Of a stretch of DNA of 64,000 nucleotides, positions 9,401 through 17,530 are shown piece after piece (positions within the stretch are counted from its first letter, which is position 1; each line of letters begins with the position of its first letter). A model generated the notes under the pieces. It saw only the letters and a program-made list of their open reading frames with translations. It searched no databases and was not told the origin of the DNA. This DNA comes from Candidatus Woesearchaeota archaeon (GTDB taxonomy: Archaea > Nanobdellota > Nanobdellia > Pacearchaeales > GW2011-AR1). The position numbers were made by a program, and so were the translations under genes. The DNA lies in assembly GCA_964572995.1 (NCBI GenBank), contig CAZNIA010000001.1:5611-69610 (forward strand). The letters are read 5' to 3'.

Positions 9401-12253
9401 AAAATCTGTTCCTGTTGTGTCTACGACTAAAAGCATACTGTAATTTTCAACAAGAGTTAAAGAACTTGGATTAGTTATATTTATTAATCTTCTATTTTCA
9501 TAATCTAAATCCCACCAAGAACCTGTTGGATCTAAAGTTGCATTTACATTACCGCATTCTCCATTTATACAAGACACGCTTGCTGTAAAGTTAAAGAATT
9601 CATCTGGGTTTACATTAGTATTTGAGTTTGGATTTACTAAATTAACATCTAAACTTCCCCACGGTACATTCCAGTTTACAAAACCAGATGTTTGAGAAGA
9701 AGCCCCATAACAAGTACCTGTTAAATTAAATTCTCCTGAATCATTTATAGTTAAGTCGGGATTATTGTAAATCCACCAACTTGTTTCATTTGAAGAGGCA
9801 TTTAAATTGAAAAAAGTGTAAGAATCTGGAATATTTGTTAAATTGAAGCTTGCATTAGATACAACTCCTGTGCAATTAATTCTAACTCTTGTTAATACAT
9901 CTGAAAATCCCAATTCATTGCAATCTTTCCAAGAACCCAACTCTTCACACTGGATTTGAGCTGCAGAAGGAGGGTAATCAGAAGTTGTTAAAACATAAAC
10001 TGGAGTTGAATTCCTGTTTCCTGAAGTGTCATTAAAAAACCATCTATATCCAATAGGTGTTTGAGCTGTTGAAGAGAGAGCTTTAGTCACATTTGCCCAA
10101 GAAGGAGTTGAAGAAAAAGAAACAAAAGAATCATTGACCCAACTTCCAGAATTGTTTGTTGAAAATATATATCCTCCATTTGGATTTAAAGCATAATTAT
10201 CTGAAACATTTATTGCAAATCTTGTAGGTTTATCTGGGATTGTATTGTTTACAGAAACTCTGTTGTAAATTGGAGGAATTGTTTCTGCAGTATACTGAAC
10301 TGTAATTCCTACATAATCGATATAAATATAATCAGTAGAAGGGGTTCGATCATACTTACTACCCTCAACAACCACAATTAATTGATCGTTACTATCTATA
10401 TAACTGCTAATATCACTTGTTATATTTCTTGTTACATCTCCATTAACTGCAGGAGTTGTGCCTATTGGCATCCAAGTTGAATTTGCAAATCTCCAGATGT
10501 ATACTGTTGCTGTTTCTGCAGCATTATCATAACCTGTAAACTGAATAAAAATAGAAGATATAAAAGATGGATCCTCATTTATTGTGAAATTAAATCTGTA
10601 AAAGGGATAATCATTTCCATTGCCTGATGTTGGTCCAACCCTTGCATAAACCCCGTTTTCTGTTGAAAGAGCACCGTATTGTGCTAAAGAAGAATTTGTA
10701 CCTGACTGCCATCTATTTGAAGAAGTAGGCACCCCATAAACAGAATGCATACTTGAATTTACAGTATAAACTGTTTGAGGATCAATTATATGATCAAACT
10801 GTAAACTTCCTCCAACAACCTTTAAGTCAAATGTATCCTGCTGGTATTGAAGATTTGTTAAGTATACTTTGTTGTATTCGTTTGAAGCGAGGGCATTAAA
10901 TTGTGTGATTAATTCGCTTTTATTGTTTTCATAAACTTCAACTATTGGATTTCCTGAAATAATTCTTGGGAAGAGAGTTATATCTCTTGTACTATCCAAT
11001 GGAATTTCAAATGTAACTCTTACATATTCATTGTCTGAGATTGTTTCAGACCAAATATCATCAAGTTCTTTGACATCCTGATAGATATTTGAAATAAAAT
11101 ATTTGTTTGAATCTAAGTGTTCTGCTTTTGTTATAAGGATTATCTCAAAAGTTTGAGTCGATAAATGAGGGGCTATCCATTCTACATAATCCAAAAATCC
11201 ATTTCCATCTGTATCAGCGGCATTGAAATCTAGATAAGTGTTGTTTTCTTTCCAGTAAATTTTAATTAACTCTTCTTGTCCTGATGCTAATTTTTCAGGG
11301 ATGTTGGTGTATGCTAAAACTTCTTTATAATGGACATCTTCTGGAGAAGATATAACAACTTCTTTTTTGTTTTCTGAGATAAACTTTTCATGCAAAATGG
11401 GGGATTCTGTTATATAATTCAAAGAAAGAGTCTCGGAAACATTACTATTAATTAAAACATACTCTTTTCCATCAACTTCCACAAAACTATAAGCTGTAAA
11501 AATCTCTCCTTTTTCATCTTTTAATTCTATACTTAAAAAAGAAGGAATTTCAAAGAAATTTCCTTCTTCCAATAAATTAATTTTTTTAATCCAACTTACA
11601 GGCTTTCCTATTTCCGCCTTCCCTTGAATTAATTTGGGTTCAATGTATTTAACTGAAAAGAAGATATATGAAGTTTTTCCATTACCTTTTATAAAATCAA
11701 CAGAATATTCTCCTTCTTCTAAAAGTTCAAATATGAATCTATCATTAGAGCCTAATCTTGATGTCCTTTTACCAGAGGGGCTAGTAATAATCAATTCATA
11801 ATTTCCAAGCCCATTAAAGTTAAACTCTAAATCTCTTCCTAAAAAATAAGTATTAGAATTCTGAAAATTAAATGAATAATTGGATATTAAAGATTCTTCT
11901 GAGATAATTTCCTCTGAATTTGTTTGCCCTAAATCTTCTTGTGTTCCATAAACTTGAAATTCTAATTTTTCAGAAGAATCAGTGTATTGTATGTCAAAGG
12001 TATATCTTCCTGGCTCTTTAAAAGTAAAAGAAAATTTATTTTCACAATCAACTTTTAAATCTTCTGAAGGTGTTTTTATTTTCATAAAACAAGAAGAAGA
12101 ATCTTGCAAGTTCAATTTTATTTCATCTCCAACAAAATAAGAATCTTCGTCAGATGCAGAACTAAAGAATAAAGAGAAAATTAAGATTAAGAGTAATAAA
12201 ATAGATAATATTCCTGTACCCAATTTTATAATTCCTTTTTTATCCATCTTCAT
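419..12253 (-). CDS. giant (3944 aa) N-glycosylated surface protein with N-terminal signal-anchor. It has a conserved head module, many ~90-100-aa beta-sandwich/FN3-like repeats, a LamG/concanavalin-like lectin domain, two DUF2341-like WxxRxxIxI(T/N)N modules, and a C-terminal CARDB domain plus conserved tail
   Basis: Single uninterrupted ORF. The N-terminal hydrophobic segment is ILSILLLLILIFSLFFSS. The protein is extremely rich in N-x-S/T sequons and N/S/T residues. The LamG-like block runs from GKIDGADLLDGNNDALNST to FNGSMDEVRISNT. An FN3-like terminal motif appears (YYWRVLATD..SNSSWSE). The CARDB-like block runs from NQTIEIIATIRNLAG to VSFYNGDP. Confidence 0.85.
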   Translation of the reverse strand: MKMDKKGIIKLGTGILSILLLLILIFSLFFSSASDEDSYFVGDEIKLNLQDSSSCFMKIKTPSEDLKVDCENKFSFTFKEPGRYTFDIQYTDSSEKLEFQVYGTQEDLGQTNSEEIISEESLISNYSFNFQNSNTYFLGRDLEFNFNGLGNYELIITSPSGKRTSRLGSNDRFIFELLEEGEYSVDFIKGNGKTSYIFFSVKYIEPKLIQGKAEIGKPVSWIKKINLLEEGNFFEIPSFLSIELKDEKGEIFTAYSFVEVDGKEYVLINSNVSETLSLNYITESPILHEKFISENKKEVVISSPEDVHYKEVLAYTNIPEKLASGQEELIKIYWKENNTYLDFNAADTDGNGFLDYVEWIAPHLSTQTFEIILITKAEHLDSNKYFISNIYQDVKELDDIWSETISDNEYVRVTFEIPLDSTRDITLFPRIISGNPIVEVYENNKSELITQFNALASNEYNKVYLTNLQYQQDTFDLKVVGGSLQFDHIIDPQTVYTVNSSMHSVYGVPTSSNRWQSGTNSSLAQYGALSTENGVYARVGPTSGNGNDYPFYRFNFTINEDPSFISSIFIQFTGYDNAAETATVYIWRFANSTWMPIGTTPAVNGDVTRNITSDISSYIDSNDQLIVVVEGSKYDRTPSTDYIYIDYVGITVQYTAETIPPIYNRVSVNNTIPDKPTRFAINVSDNYALNPNGGYIFSTNNSGSWVNDSFVSFSSTPSWANVTKALSSTAQTPIGYRWFFNDTSGNRNSTPVYVLTTSDYPPSAAQIQCEELGSWKDCNELGFSDVLTRVRINCTGVVSNASFNLTNIPDSYTFFNLNASSNETSWWIYNNPDLTINDSGEFNLTGTCYGASSQTSGFVNWNVPWGSLDVNLVNPNSNTNVNPDEFFNFTASVSCINGECGNVNATLDPTGSWWDLDYENRRLINITNPSSLTLVENYSMLLVVDTTGTDFQDDGDDLRIVHWNGSHNIELDRFNDTFFNIDSTNIWFRIQSNIPAGGYDDNYYMYYTNSEASSPPNNGSRVFDFFDNFNRANSGTVGNGWTETTGTWEIINGWVRNTMNGDSDLTRTTSTNNHSLRVLANQVVDDADLKVSIRSALSPTSGYTFGYQNGQLELTTGNHNTANLGSTTISTMAGVPYELEINTFGSRIVAYKDGGVIFNVTSTATSSGGMLLHSWDVSEFDDVWLRKLIDVEPTYSLGDPEKPSKGLISTIIGDTPFYTISRNPMDYLGTSCLANMKGGTTCNITWQVNATGRVGSVWEFFVYANNTNYLNYFNSSDVSSSINITIGNLPPEIPELNFPANNSALTSIGEFNWSNSQDPTGDKVYYAIQISNSSDFSSIVFANYSIPEQSIITGVTPTGITQEGKYYWRVLATDLKSNSSWSEERVFYYDSSPPVVSLISPSNSTTITYSNTIDFIFNVSDLSEIQSCNLVINNSIADTASNLNKNVNLTFSFVLANSFYTWKVNCTDSAGRAGNSETRFLNVSVSNNPPSPRQINCEKNGIWYNCSSIAFGDTITRVRVLCTDPEGGVTNASINLTNIPDSYTFFNNFTFEDDSDGYWTLDNPDLIVNDSGQFQIMATCYDSESLSRTNSSTWEVPWGSFSIDLLNPNSDTSVMKNSFFTFSSRINCINGECGNANVTLDPPNWWNESWNYRKTINITNSGSTLLSNFPIYLNLSKEYEMQNDFDDIRFINGSCGSTGTYLSLSYEVENYTSSKADIWINIPSFVPGTNQICMYYNNPYVSSGQNPISVWDNNYLTVQHLEESGTGTRYDSKYRRNFTSSGYDNDEKTSGKIDGADLLDGNNDALNSTANFLSNLGSFTIEGWIKPRVWGSRVSLIGQNDVVEFFLDGSNTVMIWTDGGGSTSVAYPYSLDAWHHITAVGTGSNLLLYFDGVQAVSGGSSTSNYGTSTYSVKIGEGVVDATGGFFNGSMDEVRISNTTRSAAWINQSYQIVNNQNNLVSFGIKEEKTKGVISTVIGATPFYTTTPNPLDSSTFSCLSNMKSSGGSCDVNWNVNATGELNSVWEFFVTSNNLNYQTYYNTSSNSQTINITIASQVPPSVPQLYRPLNSTAYATIPRLNWTNSTDQNGDSIYYIIQVSNVSDFSSIVFANYSIPETSSPTWILPTGITQEGTYYWRVRATDLIGNSSWSETRVFYYDLSAPEITFINQTGEDNRIINNTNWLNRGEDLTLFVNVSDVNTNYVWVVVWQSVVGGIEKVKVFFTNLGNFLWKADIPTNQTWGGFYNYTIYANDTLGSQINYSSNFTVLGGNASINLSQFYIESPVNISVFGHINLSNSTNLSNYPINLWLNGKLLFLQNLTPEGTYDFYKEFLETSNSEFSQGTFYNIEIENNQNLTLSDGETYGNFTKILDAGAMVYWNNLSWSFQGASCSGVSSYQYGDSNLYYGGEDSYISSGFPNINYGSGSSIIIDGSPTSDRGLILFKDIIGKGFNQIPENSTINNANLTFYVSDTGDQVSVYQILENWTENEVTYNNRLTGTSWSSTGCAGSPSRSTTADDSFTASSIGGYTINVTNSLKSWASGTENYGWIFNMPTSNGINIRSSEYSTTSERPLLTVAYQSSECTNAKVYIRTSNDKLIWTSWKEVSNGGLINDSNIYSRYLQYKVELTSTTPSLSPVLKDLTFNYTALTTDSNGNYKYNFTPPSEFGNYNITINTSIKTILIENQTQFYVQTGIPPSVFLISPSDNQWFSQGELNLTYNVSDLNNGITLSELIINGAINLTNSTPIINNAYNNFTINFTSGEYNWTVNVTDKAGYRNTTAQRRFYIDLINPNVSLIYPGEGDSFEVNELNLSFNATDNMDTNLSCQIMLDGEFLPSSVWATSHAITNVSSGILTGGIHYWNATCTDNAFRNFTSSTFSFNISDTPPNITLVSPSPNYLDNDGVISFIYNVTDNSGLLNCSLYIDNVFNQTNSSPIMNYQNNAFDVEGFLEGYYNWTVECFDLSSSPYKPSPRNFSMDLYKPSITLHAPSNSGTSLNSDVYFNFTVNDSFDSSLNCNLTINGLIVDEFSSNSGEVSSRLIYNLTDGVKFWNVTCIDDALHSNISSTWSVNITEYPQVVLNTPNNSKFNSSLISLTYTPSDNTNLSSCSLYINGALNQSNSTPILNNQQNYFYLNNHPEGIYTWYVRCGDYIGLINQSETRTFYADRTPPQINILYPKGDDIYASNITFNFTVTDYIDSNLSCNLTVNSPVRDINFTVYNGSITSRTISGIADGYNVWNLTCWDGSGNINASQTFNFTRYTIPKVTLISPENNTWFNTSSFELTYLPEDDGGIVNASLYINGIYNRSNSSQIINQAYNTFSINGFSDGSYFWNINVTDPTGLTGIDSERRFYVDLQSPNIRLNSPYESQVITSNNVTFNFSSWDNLAEHLLCNFTLDGELESSHVYQNNSNILRYSILSDGNHFWKIDCSDNASNSNYSEIINFTVEAPPQIELINPIENFRTTSSWINFSYIPYDLIDIKSCSLYIDGVLNSTNSSVPENILNNFSVTGIPEGMHNWTVNCSDSDDNWNWSTERIFYRDVSPPSIFLNSPENNSGIDYNLDRVYFNWTAIDVLDNTLQCNLTIDGIVRRPNVWVTNATSKREYVLTSVLGQGEHSWNLTCWDQLGNTNTSELRKFNLTYPDFSVNSSEIFLNETSPRENQTIEIIATIRNLAGADITNVTVSFYNGDPDSGGYKIGSDIFTNISKFGQVNLTQTWFSQIGSSEIFVLVDPPLATNGTHIELNESNNKASKMISVGSWHFFYGDVLTSSNLVLANSNSTKLINWSTQNFNQGNIYVADYDSYVSWTSLQAIGKNKLNLDSNSDFLEIDLALDTNSFEDSVYSVYTNSGVPKYVQNIYSFNHLLQQVPIINSTNNSNFVTGILWDFSDDTNGSSGEFDLADKEDLVFISPINKQSTGTYGTYDYELRVPARLREYNSEDTKTAAFYVEIF

Positions 12254-12483
12254 TTCTTAATTTGCCAAAGGTTTATTCTTCCAACACGAAATCCAATGAC
12301 CTTTTGATTTAATTGAAGTCTTAAGCAACGAGTTTGAATAGAATGCCAAGGCTTTTGTATTTCATCTGCAATTTCCTGGGTGGATTTAGGATTTATAGAA
12401 TTTAATAAAGACTTAACTATCTGTACTTCCAGCACATCCTCTTTTTTGCGATTAACCGTACGGTTAATCTTACTTTTAATCAT
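12250..12483 (-). CDS. small (77 aa) winged-helix DNA-binding protein; its stop codon overlaps the start of giant gene 1
   Basis: The segment STQEIADEIQKPWHSIQTRCLRLQLNQKVI has HTH-like character, and there is a 4-nt stop/start overlap at 12250-12253. Confidence 0.5.
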   Translation of the reverse strand: MIKSKINRTVNRKKEDVLEVQIVKSLLNSINPKSTQEIADEIQKPWHSIQTRCLRLQLNQKVIGFRVGRINLWQIKK

Positions 12484-12570
12484 ACTATATAACGCAGTAA
12501 TTTTTGATTTAAATACCTTTTGTATATTAATATATTATTATAATATAAATAAAGAGGGGGTATAAATTAA

Positions 12571-13944
12571 TTAGAAAATATTTACTTTAAATGGTCCTTT
12601 TTCATAGACATAAGCGGAATAATAAATGTGGTTGCTATCTTCATTATACAATTCTAAATACACCTTGTCCTTATTCCCAAAAACCTCTATTGATTTTCCT
12701 TTTTCAACCTTAAAAACCAAGAAGATTTTATCTATATCTCTTTCTGGGATTGTGGTCAGTATAGTGAAATAATCTCCTTTATTTTTTCCTGATTTTATTT
12801 TCTCGAATTCTAGATTAGAATAAGAGCTTAAAATTTGCTTGTTGGGAAATATTGCAGCTGTCTTAACGTATCTTTCTGCAGATTCCAATAATATTGGCTG
12901 TTTAGGGGAACATTTTTGGATAAATGGGCTGTTAAAATGAGAATTGATAAAGGGTCTTTTGTTATGAAATGGAATAAATATAAACTTAAAAACACGTGCT
13001 TTGCTGATTAATTCGTAATTTTCAAATTTTTGATAAAACACATACTCTTTTTTAATAAATGCTTTAGGACTTTGCAAAATATAATCGATTGTAAACTCTT
13101 TCTGATTATCTATATTCTCGCTCAAAATCTTGTGGGTTGTACTAAAATCTTCCAAACCAGAGGAATTAAAAAAAATCCAATCAGAAGGAAAATAAAATAA
13201 AAAATTTCCTGAGATATTATGTGATGATTCGAAATGTGATGAGAAGGTTATATTCTTCTGAGAAGGTACAAAAAAATAGTTTGGTTTTGATTTACATTTA
13301 TCACAAGAAAGGTTCAAACTAAAATTAAAATAATCTAAATTATATACTATTATTTTCTCAGAAATATTTCTGTCCCCATAAGAAGTTAGAATTATTTCAT
13401 TTCTTCCTTTAAAGAGATTTACTGGAAATTCTACTTTTGTACAATCTTTGCATACCTGATCCTCTAGAAATCCATAAGAGTGATTTAGAGTATAATTTAA
13501 ATTATTGTAATGCTCTTCCAGAGAAATATTCAAAATAATAAAAGATTTATTGACAAATATTCTCTCTTCTGGAGAATTTAATATAATTGCTTTTTGGATA
13601 TTCATCTGTGGAAATAAGTCATATCCTTCCCCTGTTAAATATAAACTTACTGGGCCTGCAACAAACCCTGCTTCTTTATCAAAAACTTCAGCAAAAATCT
13701 TTTTTCCTACAGAATAATTAAAAGATGGAATTTCATCAAGGTCGCAACAAAATTTATTTTCTGGGCTTACACTACAGTGGACTATTTTAGAAAAATTCTC
13801 CTCTGGATAGATTATTACATTTGCCCAAGAGGAGGAAAATTCTTGTGAATTATTAACAAAACCACATACAAAATTAGAGCTTACAAAAGAAAGGCTAAAA
13901 ATTAAAACAAAAAATGTTATTAGATAATATCTTATTTTTTCCAT
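12571..13944 (-). CDS. exported Cys-rich hypothetical protein (457 aa) with signal peptide
   Basis: N-terminus MEKIRYYLITFFVLIFSLSFVSSNFVCG. The protein has several Cys pairs and many N-x-S/T sequons. Confidence 0.55.
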   Translation of the reverse strand: MEKIRYYLITFFVLIFSLSFVSSNFVCGFVNNSQEFSSSWANVIIYPEENFSKIVHCSVSPENKFCCDLDEIPSFNYSVGKKIFAEVFDKEAGFVAGPVSLYLTGEGYDLFPQMNIQKAIILNSPEERIFVNKSFIILNISLEEHYNNLNYTLNHSYGFLEDQVCKDCTKVEFPVNLFKGRNEIILTSYGDRNISEKIIVYNLDYFNFSLNLSCDKCKSKPNYFFVPSQKNITFSSHFESSHNISGNFLFYFPSDWIFFNSSGLEDFSTTHKILSENIDNQKEFTIDYILQSPKAFIKKEYVFYQKFENYELISKARVFKFIFIPFHNKRPFINSHFNSPFIQKCSPKQPILLESAERYVKTAAIFPNKQILSSYSNLEFEKIKSGKNKGDYFTILTTIPERDIDKIFLVFKVEKGKSIEVFGNKDKVYLELYNEDSNHIYYSAYVYEKGPFKVNIF

Positions 13945-13978
13945 AAAGGATAAACATTAAATCAGTATAAAAGATTTT

Positions 13979-15079
13979 CTAAATTCCAGTTAGATGAATA
14001 AATTCTTCTTCTGTTGTTCTGGATTTTGCAAGTATTAATATTCCCAAAATTATTATTGCTCCCCCAAACATTGAAAAAAATGTGGATAGAGTTGATGAAA
14101 AAGATAAATCTATGAAATCTTGATAGGAGATAATTATATTAAATCCAAGAATTAACAAAGAAATCTCTTTCATAAAAGTTCCCCCCCCGAAGAAAAATAA
14201 AAAAGCTACAAGAACAGGAACAAGAATACCCCCCCAAATCACTGTATCTAAAGAATCTACTGATTCAGAACATAAAATTTCCGTATGCGGCAGATTTCCT
14301 TCATATACTATTCTTTCTAAATCACAGTCTGTAAAAATTTTTGAAACAAAAAAATGCCCGGATTCATGAATAGCAATAGTCCCTATAAAGACAAAATTGG
14401 TTAAAATAACTATAAAAATAAAATACCTAAAAAAATCAAATAAATAATAATTTTTTCTTAATCTTTTTGAATTTTCATCGGTATAAAAAGAAATATTCTT
14501 CACATCAATTACAAAAAATAATACGAATAAAAAGAAAAATAAGTTAGAAATCAAACTCATTAAGGGAGACTGTTGATTTTTAAAGAGTAATGTTACCTCA
14601 AATAAAAGAGAGATAGAACAGTAAAATATTGCTAATTTAGAGAATCTCGTGAAGTTAGGAATGGAAATTAACAAAATGAATAATATCATTATAAGCATCA
14701 AAGAAGAAATTAAGAGAAATACTGGAAAATTCCATCCAATTAATATAGAAAAAACAAATATTAAATAAATAAAAAGCAAATAAAATAATTTTTTATTTCT
14801 CCTTATATCATATACAATTAAAAGGAAAAGAATTGATTCTGCTGAAATGAGAATTGAATGAATAAATAAAAAGTCTGAAGAATTGTAAACCGTTGCATTA
14901 AATATCCACAAAAAGAAAACTATTGAGTAAAGTAAAAAGATAAAACCCATAAGGAAGAATAGAAAGAACACTCTTTCCAATGCAGGGTGTGTCTTTTTCT
15001 TTTTTATAAAACTATAAATTAAGAATATTGCAATTACCAGTGATACTAAAGCATTTAACAAAAATAACAAATTTATCAT
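13979..15079 (-). CDS. polytopic membrane protein (366 aa, roughly 8-10 TM segments) with an HExxH motif, a putative membrane metalloprotease
   Basis: Hydrophobic helices run throughout. The motif IAIHESGHFFVSKIF sits next to a hydrophobic segment. The family assignment is uncertain. Confidence 0.45.
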   Translation of the reverse strand: MINLLFLLNALVSLVIAIFLIYSFIKKKKTHPALERVFFLFFLMGFIFLLYSIVFFLWIFNATVYNSSDFLFIHSILISAESILFLLIVYDIRRNKKLFYLLFIYLIFVFSILIGWNFPVFLLISSLMLIMILFILLISIPNFTRFSKLAIFYCSISLLFEVTLLFKNQQSPLMSLISNLFFFLFVLFFVIDVKNISFYTDENSKRLRKNYYLFDFFRYFIFIVILTNFVFIGTIAIHESGHFFVSKIFTDCDLERIVYEGNLPHTEILCSESVDSLDTVIWGGILVPVLVAFLFFFGGGTFMKEISLLILGFNIIISYQDFIDLSFSSTLSTFFSMFGGAIIILGILILAKSRTTEEEFIHLTGI

Positions 15080-15205
15080 TTTTTAATAACCTTTCCCAGA
15101 TTTAAGAAAGGGAAATATCTTATACAAACACTGTTAAAGGTATATTTAAATGTTTTTTAAAAAAAAGAAGAAGGGTATAAAAAAATATAAAAATAAAAAA
15201 TACCC

Positions 15206-15916
15206 TTATTCTAATTCTACCCAGAAGAAATAAGTTGTGGGATTTGTATCTAATCCATGTCCGTCTTCTAATACCATCATTTCGAAATCATGGGGGATGT
15301 TGTCAAAACCATTAGCATCGTTCAATAAAAGTGATGCAAAAACCAAACTTGGGCCGTCAGTAAGCAAGACCTCATCAAAGGTACCTACTCCTACGCTATT
15401 ATAAAGTTTTGTACTGTTACATGATCCTGTAGCAAACTGTTTACTATTTGTAAAAAACTCTGGATGGTTATTCAAATTAAATGTCTCATTCAACCCATCA
15501 GCATCTGCAGTAGATATTCCAAACATACTTTCAAAAAAAGTCATATTATTCGGTTCATCATAGCACTGAATTCCAGCCCAAGACACAGAAGATGCGTTTG
15601 AAGCATAAATTTCACCCTCTGGAGAAGCTAAGGACCAATTATACATGACATTATCATCAGAATTTGCTAATTGTATTGCCCCTGAAACATTACCAAAATA
15701 ACCTTGCCAAGACTGGGTAACTGATATTCCTGAAATAGTCAACTCGGTGATATTTCCTGCGATTGCAGAATTGTTTCCTGCATCTGATGCACTAGCTCTT
15801 GTACTAGATAAATTTGTCACAGTTGCTCCATTAGGAGCAGCAATTACTAATGAAGACAAAACAAAGATTAGAGAAACTGCTAAAATAAAATTAATTACTT
15901 TCTTCATTTTTTTCAC
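15206..15916 (-). CDS. secreted protein (236 aa), member of a 3-copy paralog family
   Basis: Signal peptide MKKMKKVINFILAVSLIFVLSSLVIAA. The TQSWQGYFGNVSG motif and the C-terminal ...YFFWVELE tail are shared with 16698..17486. Confidence 0.65.
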   Translation of the reverse strand: MKKMKKVINFILAVSLIFVLSSLVIAAPNGATVTNLSSTRASASDAGNNSAIAGNITELTISGISVTQSWQGYFGNVSGAIQLANSDDNVMYNWSLASPEGEIYASNASSVSWAGIQCYDEPNNMTFFESMFGISTADADGLNETFNLNNHPEFFTNSKQFATGSCNSTKLYNSVGVGTFDEVLLTDGPSLVFASLLLNDANGFDNIPHDFEMMVLEDGHGLDTNPTTYFFWVELE

Positions 15917-16526
15917 CTCCTTTCAGCTCTATGCTTTTTTTTAAAAAAATAGGATTTTGATAAATTGGAAAAAGAGAAGAAAAAGAAATTTTGTTTATAT
16001 CACTTAAAGAATAAAATTCAAGATTAATTTTATTAACCTGCTTTTTAGAAATATTTTCTATTGTTTGTTGTATTTTTTTATCATCCAAAAATATAATTAA
16101 AAAAGGATTTGAGTTTTTTATATCCACAAAAACAGCATGCACATTTTTGAAGTTATCCTTAATCTTATAAATAAAATCCTCTAAAAAGTACTGTAAAGAT
16201 TTATTTTCCAAAAGCCAAATTTTAAAAATTGATTTTTGATAATCCTCTAAATCTAAATTTCTTTTTTCTCCAAAACCATTAGTAAGTAAAATTGAATAAA
16301 AAATATCTTTTGAGATTGAAAAAAGATTTCTTGGTTTTCCTTTTTCAAATGCGCCTGTTTTCTCTTTTGAAACTATCTGTGCTGCTTCAAGTAATTTTAA
16401 CTGCTGACTCACAAAAGAAACTGTTGTTTTTGTCTTTTCTGCAATCTCTATAGGGGAGGATGGCTTCTCCGAGATAATCTTGAGAATTTCCCATCTCGGA
16501 GACGCCAGAAAAGAATCAAGTTCCAT
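15891..16526 (-). CDS. ArsR/SmtB-type winged-helix transcriptional regulator (211 aa) with a C-terminal extension; overlaps the start of the downstream secreted paralog
   Basis: SPRWEILKIISEKPSSPIEIAEKTKTTVSFVSQQLKLLEAAQIVSKEKTG matches the ArsR HTH pattern. The gene overlaps 15206..15916 by 26 nt. Confidence 0.6.
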   Translation of the reverse strand: MELDSFLASPRWEILKIISEKPSSPIEIAEKTKTTVSFVSQQLKLLEAAQIVSKEKTGAFEKGKPRNLFSISKDIFYSILLTNGFGEKRNLDLEDYQKSIFKIWLLENKSLQYFLEDFIYKIKDNFKNVHAVFVDIKNSNPFLIIFLDDKKIQQTIENISKKQVNKINLEFYSLSDINKISFSSLFPIYQNPIFLKKSIELKGGEKNEESN

Positions 16527-16697
16527 TAACTTATAGATATCTCAAAAGCTATTTAAATGTTTTGTTTAATTAATTAACTTAAATCTTTTATTTATAATTA
16601 TAATCAATTATAAATGCTTATTAACTAAATAAAGTAAATAGTTAAGTAGTTTATAAAAAATAGAACAAATTTTATTTAAAATCTCAAAAAAAGGCAA

Positions 16698-17486
16698 TTA
16701 CTCTAATTCTATCCAAAAATAATAAGTAGTGGTGTCAACATCTGTTAGATGTCCATTTTCCAAGACAAGCATCTCAAAATCATGGGGATTATTATCAAAA
16801 CCAAAAACATTTTCATTTAGTAAAGAAGCAAAAACCACACTATAAGTTGTTGGCTCATATAAAAGAACTTCTTCAAATTTGTTGTCTTCTCCATATCCTG
16901 CATTGGTAAATACTTGGGTATTTCTACATTCTCCCTCTGTAAACTCCAGATTGTTTGTGTAAAAAGTATTGTGACCTGAACCCAACAAAGTAAATGTCTC
17001 ATTTACTCCATCCACATCATCCTCTGCTATCCCAAACATTGCTTCTAGAATAGTCAAATTGGTTCCATGTTGATTTGTAGCTCCAGGTGTTTCAGCACCT
17101 ATATAAGTCCCATCTGCATCAAAATTAAAACATTGAATATCTGCCCAAGAAATAGAATCATTTGTAGAAGAATAAATTTCACCTTCTGGGGAAGCTAAAG
17201 ACCAATTATACATCACATTGTCTGTATTATCTGCTAACATAATTGTACCAGTAACATTCCCAAAATAACCTTGCCAAGATTGAGTTATAGAATATCCAAA
17301 AATACTTAATTCAGTAACATTTCCTGCTAAAGCAGGAATACCTGTTGCATCGTCTGGATTTGCTCTGGTAGAAGTTAAATTTACTACATTTGCCCCAAAA
17401 GGTTCAACTGCTAAAACCCCATAAGTGCTAAATAAAAAAATTAAAACAGCAACGAGTAAACATATGAATTTCATCCTCTTTACCAT
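16698..17486 (-). CDS. secreted protein (262 aa), paralog family member
   Basis: Signal peptide, AVEPFGANVVNLTSTRANPDDATG...TQSWQGYFGNVTG, and a ...YYFWIELE C-terminus. Confidence 0.65.
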   Translation of the reverse strand: MVKRMKFICLLVAVLIFLFSTYGVLAVEPFGANVVNLTSTRANPDDATGIPALAGNVTELSIFGYSITQSWQGYFGNVTGTIMLADNTDNVMYNWSLASPEGEIYSSTNDSISWADIQCFNFDADGTYIGAETPGATNQHGTNLTILEAMFGIAEDDVDGVNETFTLLGSGHNTFYTNNLEFTEGECRNTQVFTNAGYGEDNKFEEVLLYEPTTYSVVFASLLNENVFGFDNNPHDFEMLVLENGHLTDVDTTTYYFWIELE

Positions 17487-17530
17487 CGATAAAATAAGTA
17501 AAAAAGGCTTTATAATTCTTTCTTTTTGAG

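Noticed and set aside
12380-12565. 61-aa plus-strand ORF overlapping the 77-aa wHTH gene and the intergenic region
   Set aside because: It is a low-complexity hydrophobic/AT-codon product overlapping a better-supported minus-strand gene and promoter region
16817-17002. 61-aa ORF in another frame of the same strand, inside the 262-aa secreted paralog gene
   Set aside because: It is fully contained in a conserved paralog-family CDS, so it is an alternative-frame artefact. 15747..15944, 18529..18726, 19306..19494, 22597..22806, 23198..23392 and 23802..24035 were rejected for the same overlap reasons
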